A DNA stretch of 36,632 bases from Ramlibacter sp. (GTDB taxonomy: Bacteria > Pseudomonadota > Gammaproteobacteria > Burkholderiales > Burkholderiaceae_C): assembly GCA_036561125.1 (NCBI GenBank), contig DATBPW010000139.1:1-36632 (forward strand), in the 5' to 3' direction. Of this stretch, positions 9,752 through 19,969 are shown in pieces. Both the position numbers and the translations under genes were made by a program. Below the pieces are notes generated by a model. That model saw only the letters and a program-made list of their open reading frames with translations, was not told where the DNA came from and did not search any database. The first letter of the stretch is position 1; every line of letters starts with the position of its first letter.

Positions 9752-9933
9752 ATTTCCTGCAGACCGTCAAGGCCGTGCTGTGGTCCTTCCTCGGGATCCG
9801 CAAGCGCAGCGACTTGGAGCGGGACCTGGGCGGGCGCCTGAACCCGTTCGCGGTGATCGTGGTGGCCTTCGTGCTGGTCGCCGTGTTCGTGGCGGGATTG
9901 ATCACGCTGGTGCACTTCGTGGCCGCGAAGTGA
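9748..9933 (+). CDS. DUF2970-family small membrane protein
   Basis: MNFLQTVKAVLWSFLGIRKRSDLERD...LNPFAVIV; ATGA overlap with ctaG. Confidence 0.8.
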   Translation: MNFLQTVKAVLWSFLGIRKRSDLERDLGGRLNPFAVIVVAFVLVAVFVAGLITLVHFVAAK

Positions 9934-9975
9934 ACGGCTAGTGGAACAGACAGAACAAAGGAACGGAGAAGCGAA

Positions 9976-10857
9976 ATGAGTTCGAACGCCAGCGGTGCAG
10001 CGCCGTATTACTTCGTGCCCCACCCCTCGCGGCATCCCGCGACGGCGGCAATGGGCCTGCTGATCATCATCGCCAGTGCTGCCGCATGGATCAACGGCAC
10101 CGAGTGGGCCCGGTGGACGACGCTGGTCGGCCTGCTGTGGCTGTTCGCGGTGCTGTTCCAGTGGTTCCGCGACGCGATCGGCGAGAGCGAAGCGGGCAGC
10201 TACGGCCACAAGGTGGACATCTCCTACCGCTGGAGCATGAGCTGGTTCATCTTCTCCGAGGTGATGTTCTTCGGCGCGTTCTTCACCGCGCTGTGGTGGA
10301 TGCGCGCGCACTCGATCCCGTCGCTCGGCGGTGTCGACAACGCCCTGCTGTGGCCCGACTTCAAGGCCGTGTGGCCGTCGGCGTCGCCCGGCGCGACGGC
10401 GTCGCCCGCCGACATCATCGAGCCGTTCCAGACGATGACGCCGTTCTGGCTGCCGACGATCAACACGGCGCTGCTGCTGTCGTCCGGCGTGACCGTCACC
10501 ATCGCGCACCACCTGCTGCGCGAAGGCAAGCGCGGCCCGACGATCCTGTTCATGTGGTTCACGGTGCTGCTGGGCGCGACTTTCGTCTGCGTGCAGGCCT
10601 ACGAATATCACCACGCGTACACCGAGCTGAACCTCAAGCTCAGCTCCGGTGCGTACGGCTCCACTTTCTTCATGCTCACGGGCTTCCACGGCTTCCACGT
10701 GCTGGTCGGCATGCTGATGCTGCTGTTCATCACGCTGCGCCTCATGAAGGGCCACTTCACGCCCGAGCGGCACTTCGGCTTCGAAGGCGCGGCGTGGTAC
10801 TGGCACTTCGTCGACGTGGTGTGGCTGGGCCTGTACACGTTCGTGTACTGGCTGTGA
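9976..10857 (+). CDS. coxC: Cytochrome c oxidase subunit III
   Basis: WFIFSEVMFF, INTALLLSSG, FFMLTGFHGFHV, AAWYWHFVDVVW. Confidence 0.97.
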   Translation: MSSNASGAAPYYFVPHPSRHPATAAMGLLIIIASAAAWINGTEWARWTTLVGLLWLFAVLFQWFRDAIGESEAGSYGHKVDISYRWSMSWFIFSEVMFFGAFFTALWWMRAHSIPSLGGVDNALLWPDFKAVWPSASPGATASPADIIEPFQTMTPFWLPTINTALLLSSGVTVTIAHHLLREGKRGPTILFMWFTVLLGATFVCVQAYEYHHAYTELNLKLSSGAYGSTFFMLTGFHGFHVLVGMLMLLFITLRLMKGHFTPERHFGFEGAAWYWHFVDVVWLGLYTFVYWL

Positions 10858-10880
10858 CGGCGCGCGCGACCGAAGCGAAC

Positions 10881-10904
10881 AAGGGCCGCACCAGCGGCCC
10901 TTTT
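10881..10904 (+). terminator. Intrinsic terminator after coxC (possibly bidirectional)
   Basis: AAGGGCCGC-acca-GCGGCCCTT-TT perfect hairpin between convergent genes. Confidence 0.7.
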
Positions 10905-11136
10905 ACTTGGCGAGCGGAATGCCCGTGGGCTGGATGTACCCGAGCTTCCAGGACACGAGCAGGCAGATGAACAGCAGCACCGACAAGCCGATGCGAAACG
11001 CCAGCGCGCGCGCCATGCGGTCGCCGCGGGCCTTGTCGTCCTTGACGTCCTTGCCGCCGCGCATCATGAAGAACAGCGCCGAGCCCAGGCTGGCGACGAT
11101 GGCAACGAACGCGAGCGCGACGATCAGTTTCAGCAT
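10903..11136 (-). CDS. Twin-transmembrane-helix small protein (DUF2909/HIG1-like)
   Basis: 77 aa, MLKLIVALAFVAIVASLGSALFFMMR...MARALAFRIGLSVLLF...GYIQPTG; typical inverted gene between coxC and SURF1. Confidence 0.85.
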   Translation of the reverse strand: MLKLIVALAFVAIVASLGSALFFMMRGGKDVKDDKARGDRMARALAFRIGLSVLLFICLLVSWKLGYIQPTGIPLAK

Positions 11137-11151
11137 CGTCCCGATTATCCC

Positions 11152-11883
11152 GTGAGCGCGCAAAGCCGGCTTCGCTTCTTCGTCGTGACGCTCGCCGCGC
11201 TGGCGGGTATCGCCGTGACTTTCTCGCTGGGCTGGTGGCAACTCGGTCGCGGCCGGGCGCGCGACGCGCTGCAGGCGCAGATCGACGCGCGCGGGAAAAT
11301 GCCGGCGGTCTCGCAGTTGTCCCTGCTCACCGCGCATCCCGAGGCCTCCTTGCACCTGCCCGTCGTGCTCCGCGGGACCTGGGATGCGGCCCACACCGTG
11401 TACCTCGACAACCGACAGATGCGCGGCGTGCCCGGCTTCTATGTCGTGACGCCAATGGTGCTCGACGGCATTCCCGGTGCAGTGCTCGTGCAGCGCGGGT
11501 GGATTCCGCTCAACTATGAGCGGCGCGACAAGCTCGCGCCGGTGCAGACGCCCGGCGGCGTGGTCGAAGTGCAGGGCCGCATTGCCCCGCCACCGGCGAA
11601 GCTCTTCGAGTTCCGGCAAGCCGAGTCCGGCCCGATCCGGCAAAATCTCGACATCGCGGCATTCGCGGCCGAGACGCACTTGCCGCTCGCGAGCGTCTCC
11701 GTGCAGCAGACGCAGCCGGCTGCTTCGGAAGGCCTGCTGCGGGACTGGCCCCGGCCGGGCAGCGGCAGCGAAAGGAATTACGGCTACGCCTTCCAGTGGT
11801 GGGCCATGAGCACGGCCATCGCGATCCTCTATGTCTGGTTCCAGTTCATCGCCCCTCGCAGAAAGCCACGGCATGCTCGATGA
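11152..11883 (+). CDS. SURF1/Shy1 family oxidase assembly protein
   Basis: LGWWQLGR, YLDNR, GFYVVTP, LVQRGWIP, NYGYAFQWW. Confidence 0.93.
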   Translation: MSAQSRLRFFVVTLAALAGIAVTFSLGWWQLGRGRARDALQAQIDARGKMPAVSQLSLLTAHPEASLHLPVVLRGTWDAAHTVYLDNRQMRGVPGFYVVTPMVLDGIPGAVLVQRGWIPLNYERRDKLAPVQTPGGVVEVQGRIAPPPAKLFEFRQAESGPIRQNLDIAAFAAETHLPLASVSVQQTQPAASEGLLRDWPRPGSGSERNYGYAFQWWAMSTAIAILYVWFQFIAPRRKPRHAR

Positions 11884-12556
11884 GCCGCTGGGGCTGACGG
11901 TCCACTCGCTGCCTTCGCCGCAGCAGTCGGCGCAGGCCGACAGCGGCCGGACCAGGGCCGGGCGCATCAAGATGCTGCTCGTGCTTGCGGTGTGCGCGGC
12001 GCCGGTGATCGCGTCGTACTTCACCTATTACGTCGTGCACCCCCAGTCGCCGAAAAGTTTCGGCACGCTGGTCCAGCCGCAGCGTCCCCTGCCCGACGTG
12101 AGCGCGACGGCGCTCGATGGCAAGCGGGTGCCGCTGCGCAGCCTCAAGGGCCAGTGGCTGCTCGTGAGTGTCGCGGGCGGCGCATGCGACACGGGATGCG
12201 AGCGCAACCTGTATTTGCAGCGGCAATTGCGCGAATCGTTCGGCAAGGACAGGGATCGCGTCGACTGGGTCTGGCTCGTGGACGACAACTCACCGGTACG
12301 CCCGCAGCTGCAGCCCGCGCTGGCCGGAGCGACGGTGCTGCGCGTCGACGCGGCGCAGCTCGCGCAGTGGCTCGCGCCCGAGCCCGGCCATGCGCTGCAC
12401 GACCACATCTACGTCGTCGACCCGATGGGCAACTGGATGATGCGCTTCCCGCAGGCGGACCGGCGCGCGCTCGATACCGTTGCGGCGAAGAACATGAAGC
12501 GCGACCTCGACCGCCTGTTGCGCGCGTCGGCGTCGTGGGACCTGCCGGGGCGTTGA
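11831..12556 (+). CDS. SCO-like thioredoxin-fold membrane protein
   Basis: One TM (CAAPVIASYFTYY), CDTGC CxxxC motif, IYVVDPMGNWMMRFP. Start could be 11831 or 11873. Confidence 0.78.
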   Translation: MSGSSSSPLAESHGMLDEPLGLTVHSLPSPQQSAQADSGRTRAGRIKMLLVLAVCAAPVIASYFTYYVVHPQSPKSFGTLVQPQRPLPDVSATALDGKRVPLRSLKGQWLLVSVAGGACDTGCERNLYLQRQLRESFGKDRDRVDWVWLVDDNSPVRPQLQPALAGATVLRVDAAQLAQWLAPEPGHALHDHIYVVDPMGNWMMRFPQADRRALDTVAAKNMKRDLDRLLRASASWDLPGR

Positions 12557-12560
12557 AGCG

Positions 12561-13709
12561 ATGCAGCAGTCCACGCTCTTCGACCTGTCGCCGGCCGTGC
12601 ACGTGATGTTCATGGGCATCGCGGTCGCGCTCGGGCCGCTCGCCTGGGCCTGGTCGCGCACGTTGCAGGGCGGCGCCGCGCGCCGGCTGCAGGCACTCAC
12701 GATGCTCACGCTTTTCCTCACGTTCGACCTCGTGCTGTTCGGCGCGTTCACGCGCCTGACCGATTCCGGGCTGGGCTGCCCCGACTGGCCCGGGTGCTAC
12801 GGCCATGCCAGCCCCATCGGTGCGGCGGCGCAAATCGGTGCGGCGCAGGCGCAGATGCCCACGGGTCCGGTCACGCATGCGAAGGCGTGGATCGAGATGA
12901 TCCATCGTTACCTCGCGACCGGCGTCGGTGTGCTGATCGTGACGCTGCTGGTCGCCACATGGTCCGAGCGCAAGCGCGGCGCGGCGGTCAGCCCTTGGTG
13001 GCCCGCCGTCACGCTCGCTTGGGTCTGCGTGCAGGGCGCTTTCGGCGCGTTCACCGTAACGCTCAAGCTGCTTCCGGCCGTCGTCACGCTGCACCTGCTC
13101 GGCGCGCTCGTGCTGCTCGCGCTGCTCGTGCGGCAGGGCGTCGCGTATGTGCATTCGCAAAGCGGCCGCGGCCGGGTGGAGATTCCGGGTGCGCTGCGTA
13201 CGTCACTGCTGGCGACGCTTGCTCTGTTGTGGCTGCAGGTGGCCCTCGGCGGCTGGGTCAGCACGAACTACGCGGTGCTCGCCTGCAGGACGTTCCCCAC
13301 GTGCCAGGGTTCGTGGTGGCCTTCGATGAACTTTGCGCAGGCTTTCGAGCTGTGGCGTCCTCTCGGGATGACGGGCGCCGGCGAGCCGATCGACTTCGCC
13401 GCGCTGACCGCGATTCATTACACGCACCGCCTCGTCGCTTATGCGGTGTTCGCGGCCGTCGCACTGCTCACATGGCAGTTGCTGCGCGCCGGTGTGTTGC
13501 GAAGGCAGGCGCGCTGGTTGGCCGCGTTGGCCTTGCTGCAGTTCGCGACGGGGCTGTCCAACGTCGTCCTCGGCTGGCCGCTGGTCGCGGCCGTGATGCA
13601 CACCGGCGGCGCCGCGGCGCTCGTCGCCGTGCTGACATGGGCCGCGTGCGAGAGCCGCGCGGCACAGACTGTGGACGCAGTCGCGCACGTGCGCGAGGTT
13701 TCGGCATGA
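12561..13709 (+). CDS. ctaA: Haem A synthase CtaA/Cox15
   Basis: [19 protein letters not shown], second Cys pair CRTFPTC, HYTHR, multiple TMs. Confidence 0.92.
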   Translation: MQQSTLFDLSPAVHVMFMGIAVALGPLAWAWSRTLQGGAARRLQALTMLTLFLTFDLVLFGAFTRLTDSGLGCPDWPGCYGHASPIGAAAQIGAAQAQMPTGPVTHAKAWIEMIHRYLATGVGVLIVTLLVATWSERKRGAAVSPWWPAVTLAWVCVQGAFGAFTVTLKLLPAVVTLHLLGALVLLALLVRQGVAYVHSQSGRGRVEIPGALRTSLLATLALLWLQVALGGWVSTNYAVLACRTFPTCQGSWWPSMNFAQAFELWRPLGMTGAGEPIDFAALTAIHYTHRLVAYAVFAAVALLTWQLLRAGVLRRQARWLAALALLQFATGLSNVVLGWPLVAAVMHTGGAAALVAVLTWAACESRAAQTVDAVAHVREVSA

Positions 13710-14614
13710 GCGCCGCCCGCCCCCAGCCAGTCGCCGCGCCCTGGTCGTCGCGCTTCTCGCAGTTCTACGCGCTGACGAAACCGCGCGTCGTGCAGCTCAT
13801 CGTCTTTTGCGCATTGATCGGCATGGTGCTGGCCGTTCCCGGCGTGCCGACGCTGGCCGACCTGCGGCTGATGGTCGTCGGCTGCGTCGGGGTCTGGCTC
13901 GTCGCCGGCGCGGCCGCAGTCTTCAACTGCCTCGTCGAGAAAAGCATCGACGCGAAGATGCGCCGCACCGCCTGGCGGCCCACGGCCAAGGGCGAGCTGG
14001 GCGATTGGCAAACACTCGGTTTCGCCGCGATCCTGTGCGCGATCGGCTCGTGGGTGCTGTACGCGTACGTCAATCCGCTGACGATGTGGCTCACGTTCGC
14101 GACGTTCGTGGGCTACGCGGTGGTCTACACGGTGATCCTCAAGCCACTGACGCCGCAGAACATCGTGATCGGCGGTGCGTCGGGGGCGATGCCGCCCGTG
14201 CTTGGCTGGGCCGCGATGCGCGGCGACGTCGGGCCCGAGGCGCTGATCCTGTTCCTGATCATCTTCCTGTGGACGCCGCCGCACTTCTGGGCACTCGCGC
14301 TCTATCGCGTGGAGGATTACCGCAAGTCGGGGCTGCCGATGCTGCCTGTCACGCACGGGAATGAATTCACGCGATTGCAGGTATTGCTCTATACGCTGGT
14401 CCTGTTCGCCGCCTGCCTGATGCCGTTCGCGTATGGAATGAGTTCGTGGTTCTACCTTGCCGCCGCGGTCGCGCTGAGCGCCGGGTTCGTGTCGTACGCG
14501 TGGCGGCTGTGGCGCGAGTATTCGGATGCGCTCGCGCGCAGGACCTTCCGCTTTTCGCTGATCCACCTGAGCCTGCTGTTCGCGGCGCTGCTGGTGGACC
14601 ACTACCTGCCCTGA
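13706..14614 (+). CDS. cyoE: Protohaem IX farnesyltransferase (haem O synthase)
   Basis: [50 protein letters not shown]; ATGA overlap with ctaA. Confidence 0.96.
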   Translation: MSAARPQPVAAPWSSRFSQFYALTKPRVVQLIVFCALIGMVLAVPGVPTLADLRLMVVGCVGVWLVAGAAAVFNCLVEKSIDAKMRRTAWRPTAKGELGDWQTLGFAAILCAIGSWVLYAYVNPLTMWLTFATFVGYAVVYTVILKPLTPQNIVIGGASGAMPPVLGWAAMRGDVGPEALILFLIIFLWTPPHFWALALYRVEDYRKSGLPMLPVTHGNEFTRLQVLLYTLVLFAACLMPFAYGMSSWFYLAAAVALSAGFVSYAWRLWREYSDALARRTFRFSLIHLSLLFAALLVDHYLP

Positions 14615-14618
14615 CCCC

Positions 14619-15203
14619 ATGAAACGCCGCCACCTCCTCACGCTCGCCGCCGCACCGCTGCTGGTCGCGGCGTGCTCCGAATCGAAACCCAAGTTCAACG
14701 CGATCGACCTCACCGGGGCCGACTACGCGAAGGACTTCCACCTGCCCGACACCGACGGCAGGATGCGCAGCCTCGCCGACTTCAAGGGCAAGGTGGTCGC
14801 GCTGTTCTTCGGCTACACGCAGTGCCCCGACGTGTGCCCGACGACGATGACGGAACTCGCGCAAGCCAGGCAGAAGCTCGGCGCGGACGGCGACAAGCTG
14901 CAGGTGCTGTTCATCACCGTCGACCCCGAGCGCGATACGCCGAAGGTGCTCAAGGCCTACATGGGCAACTTCGACCCGAGTTTCATCGGGCTCGTGCCGA
15001 CGGCGGCGCAGCTCGAGCAGGTCGCGAAGGACTTCAAGGTCTATTACAAGAAGGTCGACGGCCCGACGCCCACGAGCTACACGATGGACCACTCGGCAGC
15101 GACCTACATCTACGACCCGGAAGGCCGGCTGCGCCTGTATGCGCGTTACGGCAACGGGCCGCAGGTGCTGGTCTCCGACATCGAAAAGCTGCTGCACGCG
15201 TAG
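14619..15203 (+). CDS. sco: SCO1/SenC-family copper chaperone lipoprotein
   Basis: Lipobox LVAAC, FFGYTQCPDVCPT, ITVDPERD, YTMDHS. Confidence 0.94.
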   Translation: MKRRHLLTLAAAPLLVAACSESKPKFNAIDLTGADYAKDFHLPDTDGRMRSLADFKGKVVALFFGYTQCPDVCPTTMTELAQARQKLGADGDKLQVLFITVDPERDTPKVLKAYMGNFDPSFIGLVPTAAQLEQVAKDFKVYYKKVDGPTPTSYTMDHSAATYIYDPEGRLRLYARYGNGPQVLVSDIEKLLHA

Positions 15204-15208
15204 CTGCG

Positions 15209-16027
15209 ATGGAGCAGGCCGCCCCGCGCAAGGGCGCACACCGCATCGAGCTGATCCCGCCCGAGGTGCTCGACGCGCTGAACGAGGGACTGATTCCCAC
15301 GGCCAACCTCAATGAGTTCCTGGCCCTGGACGTGGCACGGTTCGCGGCGAATGTCGCGCGCCACATCGGCGTCGACCCGCGGCACGAGCGCCTTGCCGAC
15401 ACGCTGGCGATGATGGGCGCGTTCAGCAAGGTCAAGCGGCACGAGCATGTGGCACGCGCCTTCTACGACATTGTCGAAACGCGCGCCGACCGCGACGCGG
15501 TCGCGCACGCGCTCGCGACGCACCCGAGCGACATCGCGCGCTCCTGGGCCGCGCAGTGGGTGATGTTCGCGCGCATGCCGCTCGCGCGGAAGCTCGGCGC
15601 GCTGCGACGATTCGCGGCCGATTCGCATTTCGGCGTGCGCGAAATGGCGTGGATGGCGGTGCGCGACGAGGTTGCCGGTGACGTCGAAGCCGCGGTGGCG
15701 CTGCTCATGCCTTGGGTCTTCGATGAGGACGCGAACGTGCGGCGCTTCGCGTGCGAGCTCACACGCCCGCGCGGCGTGTGGTGCGCGCAGATCGGTGAAC
15801 TCAAGCGCGAGCCGTGGCGGGCGCTGCCCCTCATCGAGCCGCTGCGCAGCGACCCGAGCCGTTACGTGCAGAACTCGGTCGCGAACTGGCTCAACGACGC
15901 GAGCAAGACGCAGCCCGAATGGGTCGAGAAAGTCTGCTCGCGCTGGGAGCGCGGATCGCGCACGCCCGAGACGCGCTACATCGTGCGGCGCGCGCGCCGG
16001 TCGCTGGTGAACCTCAACGCGTCGTGA
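15209..16027 (+). CDS. HEAT-repeat DNA alkylation repair protein (AlkC/AlkD-like)
   Basis: FAADSHFGVREMAW, NVRRFACELTRPRGVW, DPSRYVQNSVANWLND; ATG 5 nt after the sco stop. Confidence 0.82.
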   Translation: MEQAAPRKGAHRIELIPPEVLDALNEGLIPTANLNEFLALDVARFAANVARHIGVDPRHERLADTLAMMGAFSKVKRHEHVARAFYDIVETRADRDAVAHALATHPSDIARSWAAQWVMFARMPLARKLGALRRFAADSHFGVREMAWMAVRDEVAGDVEAAVALLMPWVFDEDANVRRFACELTRPRGVWCAQIGELKREPWRALPLIEPLRSDPSRYVQNSVANWLNDASKTQPEWVEKVCSRWERGSRTPETRYIVRRARRSLVNLNAS

Positions 16028-17003
16028 TCCCGCGCATCTGGATGATGCCGCCGAGCAGCGCGGTGTCCTGCTTCATGCGGTTCGCGAGCCCCTCGGGCGA
16101 CGTGCCCGCGACCTGCCAACCCTGGATGAACAGCTGCTGGCGCACCTCGGGCCGGCGCGCGATCTCCGCGATCAACGTCGACAGCCGGTTGACGATCGGC
16201 TTGGGCATCGACGCGGGGCCTGCCGCCGCCGTCCAGATCTCCAGTTCGAAGCCGCGCGTCACGCCTTGCTCGTCCAGGCTCGGGTACTCCGGCACCAGCG
16301 GGCTGCGCCCGTGCGACGTGACGCCGATGGCCTTGAGCTTGCCCGCGCGGATGCTTTGCGACGCGAGTCCCGGGGGCAGCAGCGCCAGCTGGATCTGGCC
16401 GGCGATCATCGCGGTGATCACCTGCGGGTTGCCGGGATAGGGCACGTGCACCGGGTCGATCTGCGTCTTCGTCTTGAGCAGCTCCATGCCGATGTGGCCG
16501 ACGGTGCCCACGCCGGGCGAGCCGTAGCTCCACTTGTTGCCGGCATTGCGCGCCGCGAGGAAAAACTCCTGCGCGGTGTGGCCCGGCGTGCTGTTCGAGG
16601 CCGTGAGCAGCAGCGGCGCCGTGCCGATCAGCGAGATCGGCGCGAGGTCCTTGGCGGGGTCGAACGGCGTCGCGGGGTTCAGCAGCTTCGCGATCGTCAT
16701 GTTCCCGTTGATCATGATGCCGATCGTGTGGTTGTCCGTGGACCTGACGACCTGGTCCGTCGCGATGTTGCCCGCCGCGCCCGGATGGTTCTCCACCACG
16801 ACCGGCTGGCCCAGCGCCTTCGACAGCGGGTCGGCGATGGTGCGGGCCACGAGGTCGGGCGTCGAGCCCGCGGGAAAGCCGACGAACAGGCGCACCGGCC
16901 GTGTCGGCCAGGCGGCCATGGATGCGGACTTCTGCGCCCACGCGATGGGCGTTGCGGAGGCGGCGGCAGCAGCGGCCAGGAGCGTGCGGCGTTGGAGCGT
17001 CAT
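16014..17003 (-). CDS. Bug/TctC tripartite tricarboxylate transporter substrate-binding protein
   Basis: RR signal peptide, WPTRPVRLFVGFPAGSTPDLVAR, VVVENHPGAAG, YGSPGVGTVGH, HVPYPG. Confidence 0.92.
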   Translation of the reverse strand: MTLQRRTLLAAAAAASATPIAWAQKSASMAAWPTRPVRLFVGFPAGSTPDLVARTIADPLSKALGQPVVVENHPGAAGNIATDQVVRSTDNHTIGIMINGNMTIAKLLNPATPFDPAKDLAPISLIGTAPLLLTASNSTPGHTAQEFFLAARNAGNKWSYGSPGVGTVGHIGMELLKTKTQIDPVHVPYPGNPQVITAMIAGQIQLALLPPGLASQSIRAGKLKAIGVTSHGRSPLVPEYPSLDEQGVTRGFELEIWTAAAGPASMPKPIVNRLSTLIAEIARRPEVRQQLFIQGWQVAGTSPEGLANRMKQDTALLGGIIQMRGITTR

Positions 17004-17060
17004 GGAAAAGCTTTCGTGCAAATGGATTGGCGTGAGCGCGAATCGTAGCAAGCCGCGCGG

Positions 17061-18803
17061 TCAGAAGTTCAGCGGGCGAATCACCTTCCTGGATTCGTGG
17101 TGGATCGCGTTCACGCCGTCCGTGACCCACCGAAGGCTGCCGTCGGCGTCGAGCTGGCGGTCCGGCAGCATCGCCGCGGCCACGTGGAACTTCAGCACGA
17201 TCCCCGCCGGCAGGGCCTCGGAGTGGCGCAAGCCGCTGGCGACCAGCTGCTGCGCGCGGTTCGCGGCCTCCTGCGGCGTCGCCGGGCCTTCGAGCAGCAC
17301 GGCGAACGCGTGGTCGCCGACGCGGGCGGCCATGTCGACGTCGGCGGCGACGTTGCGCAGCAGCGATGACGCCAGCACCAGCGCGCGCTCGGCCGTGTCG
17401 CGACCGTATTCGGCCATGATCGAGTCGTAGTTCGCGATCTTCGCGACGACCAGCGCGCACGCATGTTTCAGCGTCGTGCAACGCTGCAGCGCATCGTCCA
17501 GGCGCTGCAGGAACGTGCGCGTGTGCGCCAGGCCCGTGAGCGTGTCGCTGCGCGACAGCGCCGCGGCCCGCACGGCCGCTTCGCGCCGCCGGCTGCCGCG
17601 CAGGCTGATCGCGTAGAACAGCACCGGCATCTCCAGTGCGGCGCCCATGGACACACCGTAGCGCGTGAGCGGGCTCACCGGGATCAGCATGAAGCCGCGC
17701 AGGAGCGGGAACACCGCCATGACGAGGACCGGCAGGAAGCCGAGCGCGATCAGCCGCACGTGCGGATCGTCGCCGCGAACCCACACCACCACGATCAGCA
17801 CCGCCACGATGAACAGCGACAGGCTCGCGAGCGCGACGACGAGCAGGAACGACAGGCGTGAAGCCAGCACGACGTCCAGCGCCACCGACGACAGCAGCGC
17901 CGCGATGCAGGCCCACACGATGAGGTCGAGCGCGCGCGAATAGCGCTGCGGCTCCGTCACCGTGCGCGCGAACCACAGCGCGGCCGCCGCGGAGATGCCC
18001 GGCAGGACGAAGGTTGCCATTTCGTTCCACTTCAACGCGCGGTCCCACACGTGCTCCGCGCCGACGCCGAGGTAGGCGAGTTGGCCCGCAGCCAGTGCGA
18101 TGACGTAGATCGCGTAGATGGCGAAGTTGCGGTCGCGGAAGGCCAGCGCGTTGCCGATCGAGACGATGGCGATGAGCAGCGCGAGGCTGAAGTAGCCGCC
18201 CAGCAGGAACTGTTCCGTCTCGCGCGCGGAGAACAGCGTGGACTGGTCCTTGATCGTGAGCGGTGCCGCGAAGTCGACGCGTTCGTGCTCGATGCGCAGC
18301 CAGTAGTGGACCGGTTGCGGCGTGCGGCCTTCGAGCTCGAACGTGGGCAGGCGGCCGGGCAGCGGCCATTCGGAGACAGGCCGCGAGTCTCCGGCCTCCT
18401 GGACGATCCACCGGCCGCTCGGGTTCTGGTGGAACAACTGGGCGCGGTCGATGCCCGACGAGCCCAGCTCGAGGAACCAGCGCTGGTCGCCCGCATCGAC
18501 CGCGTCGAACCGGATCCACAGCGCAGCGCCGTCGATGTTGTAGCTCGTGCCGGCTTCGCGCAGCTTCCACGGGATCGGGTAGCCCGCGTTCTCCAGGTCC
18601 ACGGGTGTCGCGTGGCGCACGGGGTCGATCCAGAACAGCGCGCGCCGCGCCAGCGGAATGGCCTCGGGGTCGGAGCCCAGGACGATCGGCGCCGGCACGG
18701 GCACGCCGCGCGCTTCCTGAGCGTGTGCCGCGACTGCCAGCAGGCACGCGAGCATCAGCAGCGGCCACAACAGCGCGGCCAATGTTGTCCTGGGTTCCCT
18801 CAC
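17061..18803 (-). CDS. 7TMR-DISM sensor protein with degenerate GGDEF domain
   Basis: Signal peptide, periplasmic DISMED2-like region (LWIRF...ELGSSGIDRAQLF), ~7 TMs, then DTLTGL...ARVGDHAFAVLL. Probable GTG start at 18803; the longer ORF-track start overlaps the rpoH terminator. Confidence 0.82.
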   Translation of the reverse strand: MREPRTTLAALLWPLLMLACLLAVAAHAQEARGVPVPAPIVLGSDPEAIPLARRALFWIDPVRHATPVDLENAGYPIPWKLREAGTSYNIDGAALWIRFDAVDAGDQRWFLELGSSGIDRAQLFHQNPSGRWIVQEAGDSRPVSEWPLPGRLPTFELEGRTPQPVHYWLRIEHERVDFAAPLTIKDQSTLFSARETEQFLLGGYFSLALLIAIVSIGNALAFRDRNFAIYAIYVIALAAGQLAYLGVGAEHVWDRALKWNEMATFVLPGISAAAALWFARTVTEPQRYSRALDLIVWACIAALLSSVALDVVLASRLSFLLVVALASLSLFIVAVLIVVVWVRGDDPHVRLIALGFLPVLVMAVFPLLRGFMLIPVSPLTRYGVSMGAALEMPVLFYAISLRGSRRREAAVRAAALSRSDTLTGLAHTRTFLQRLDDALQRCTTLKHACALVVAKIANYDSIMAEYGRDTAERALVLASSLLRNVAADVDMAARVGDHAFAVLLEGPATPQEAANRAQQLVASGLRHSEALPAGIVLKFHVAAAMLPDRQLDADGSLRWVTDGVNAIHHESRKVIRPLNF

Positions 18804-18817
18804 CCCGTCATTGTTGC

Positions 18818-18847
18818 AAAAGAAAAGGCCCGCCAGACAGGCGGGCC
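18818..18847 (-). terminator. Intrinsic terminator of rpoH
   Basis: GGCCCGCC-5 nt-GGCGGGCC hairpin followed on the minus strand by TTTTCTTTT, ~25 nt after the rpoH stop. Confidence 0.8.
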
Positions 18848-18871
18848 CGTTCGATCGCAGGGTTGTGCGCG

Positions 18872-19807
<936 letters not shown>

Positions 19808-19848
19808 GCCAGAGACTCCTTTCATATATGGAGCGTATACCGCCCATA

Positions 19849-19875
19849 TTAGCACTCTGTTAGACGGAGTGCTAA
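19849..19875. promoter_or_regulatory. CIRCE element (HrcA operator) upstream of rpoH
   Basis: Exact consensus TTAGCACTC-N9-GAGTGCTAA. Confidence 0.95.
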
Positions 19876-19886
19876 AGAGGAAGTTC
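19860..19886 (-). promoter_or_regulatory. SigmaE (RpoE/AlgU)-type promoter for rpoH
   Basis: Minus strand GAACTT-N16-TCTAA, matching the sigmaE consensus (cf. E. coli rpoH P3). Confidence 0.8.
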
Positions 19887-19969
19887 AGTCCGGCAGACGG
19901 AAATCTGCGGCGGCCCGGAAGAGCTATTTGGGGCCGGTCGGAGCGATTTCCAGCCGTCGCCGGCCGAGG

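Noticed and set aside
14619-15203. 'SenC' family name of the Sco protein suggesting a link to the sen cluster
   Set aside because: Name coincidence: SCO1/SenC copper chaperones are unrelated to the selenophosphate synthetase SenC.
15976-18768. 930-aa minus-strand ORF, and similar long ORFs such as 26508-28871, 31913-33913, 20270-22087 and 7248-9014
   Set aside because: Alternative-frame or antisense artefacts of high-GC codon bias overlapping well-supported genes.
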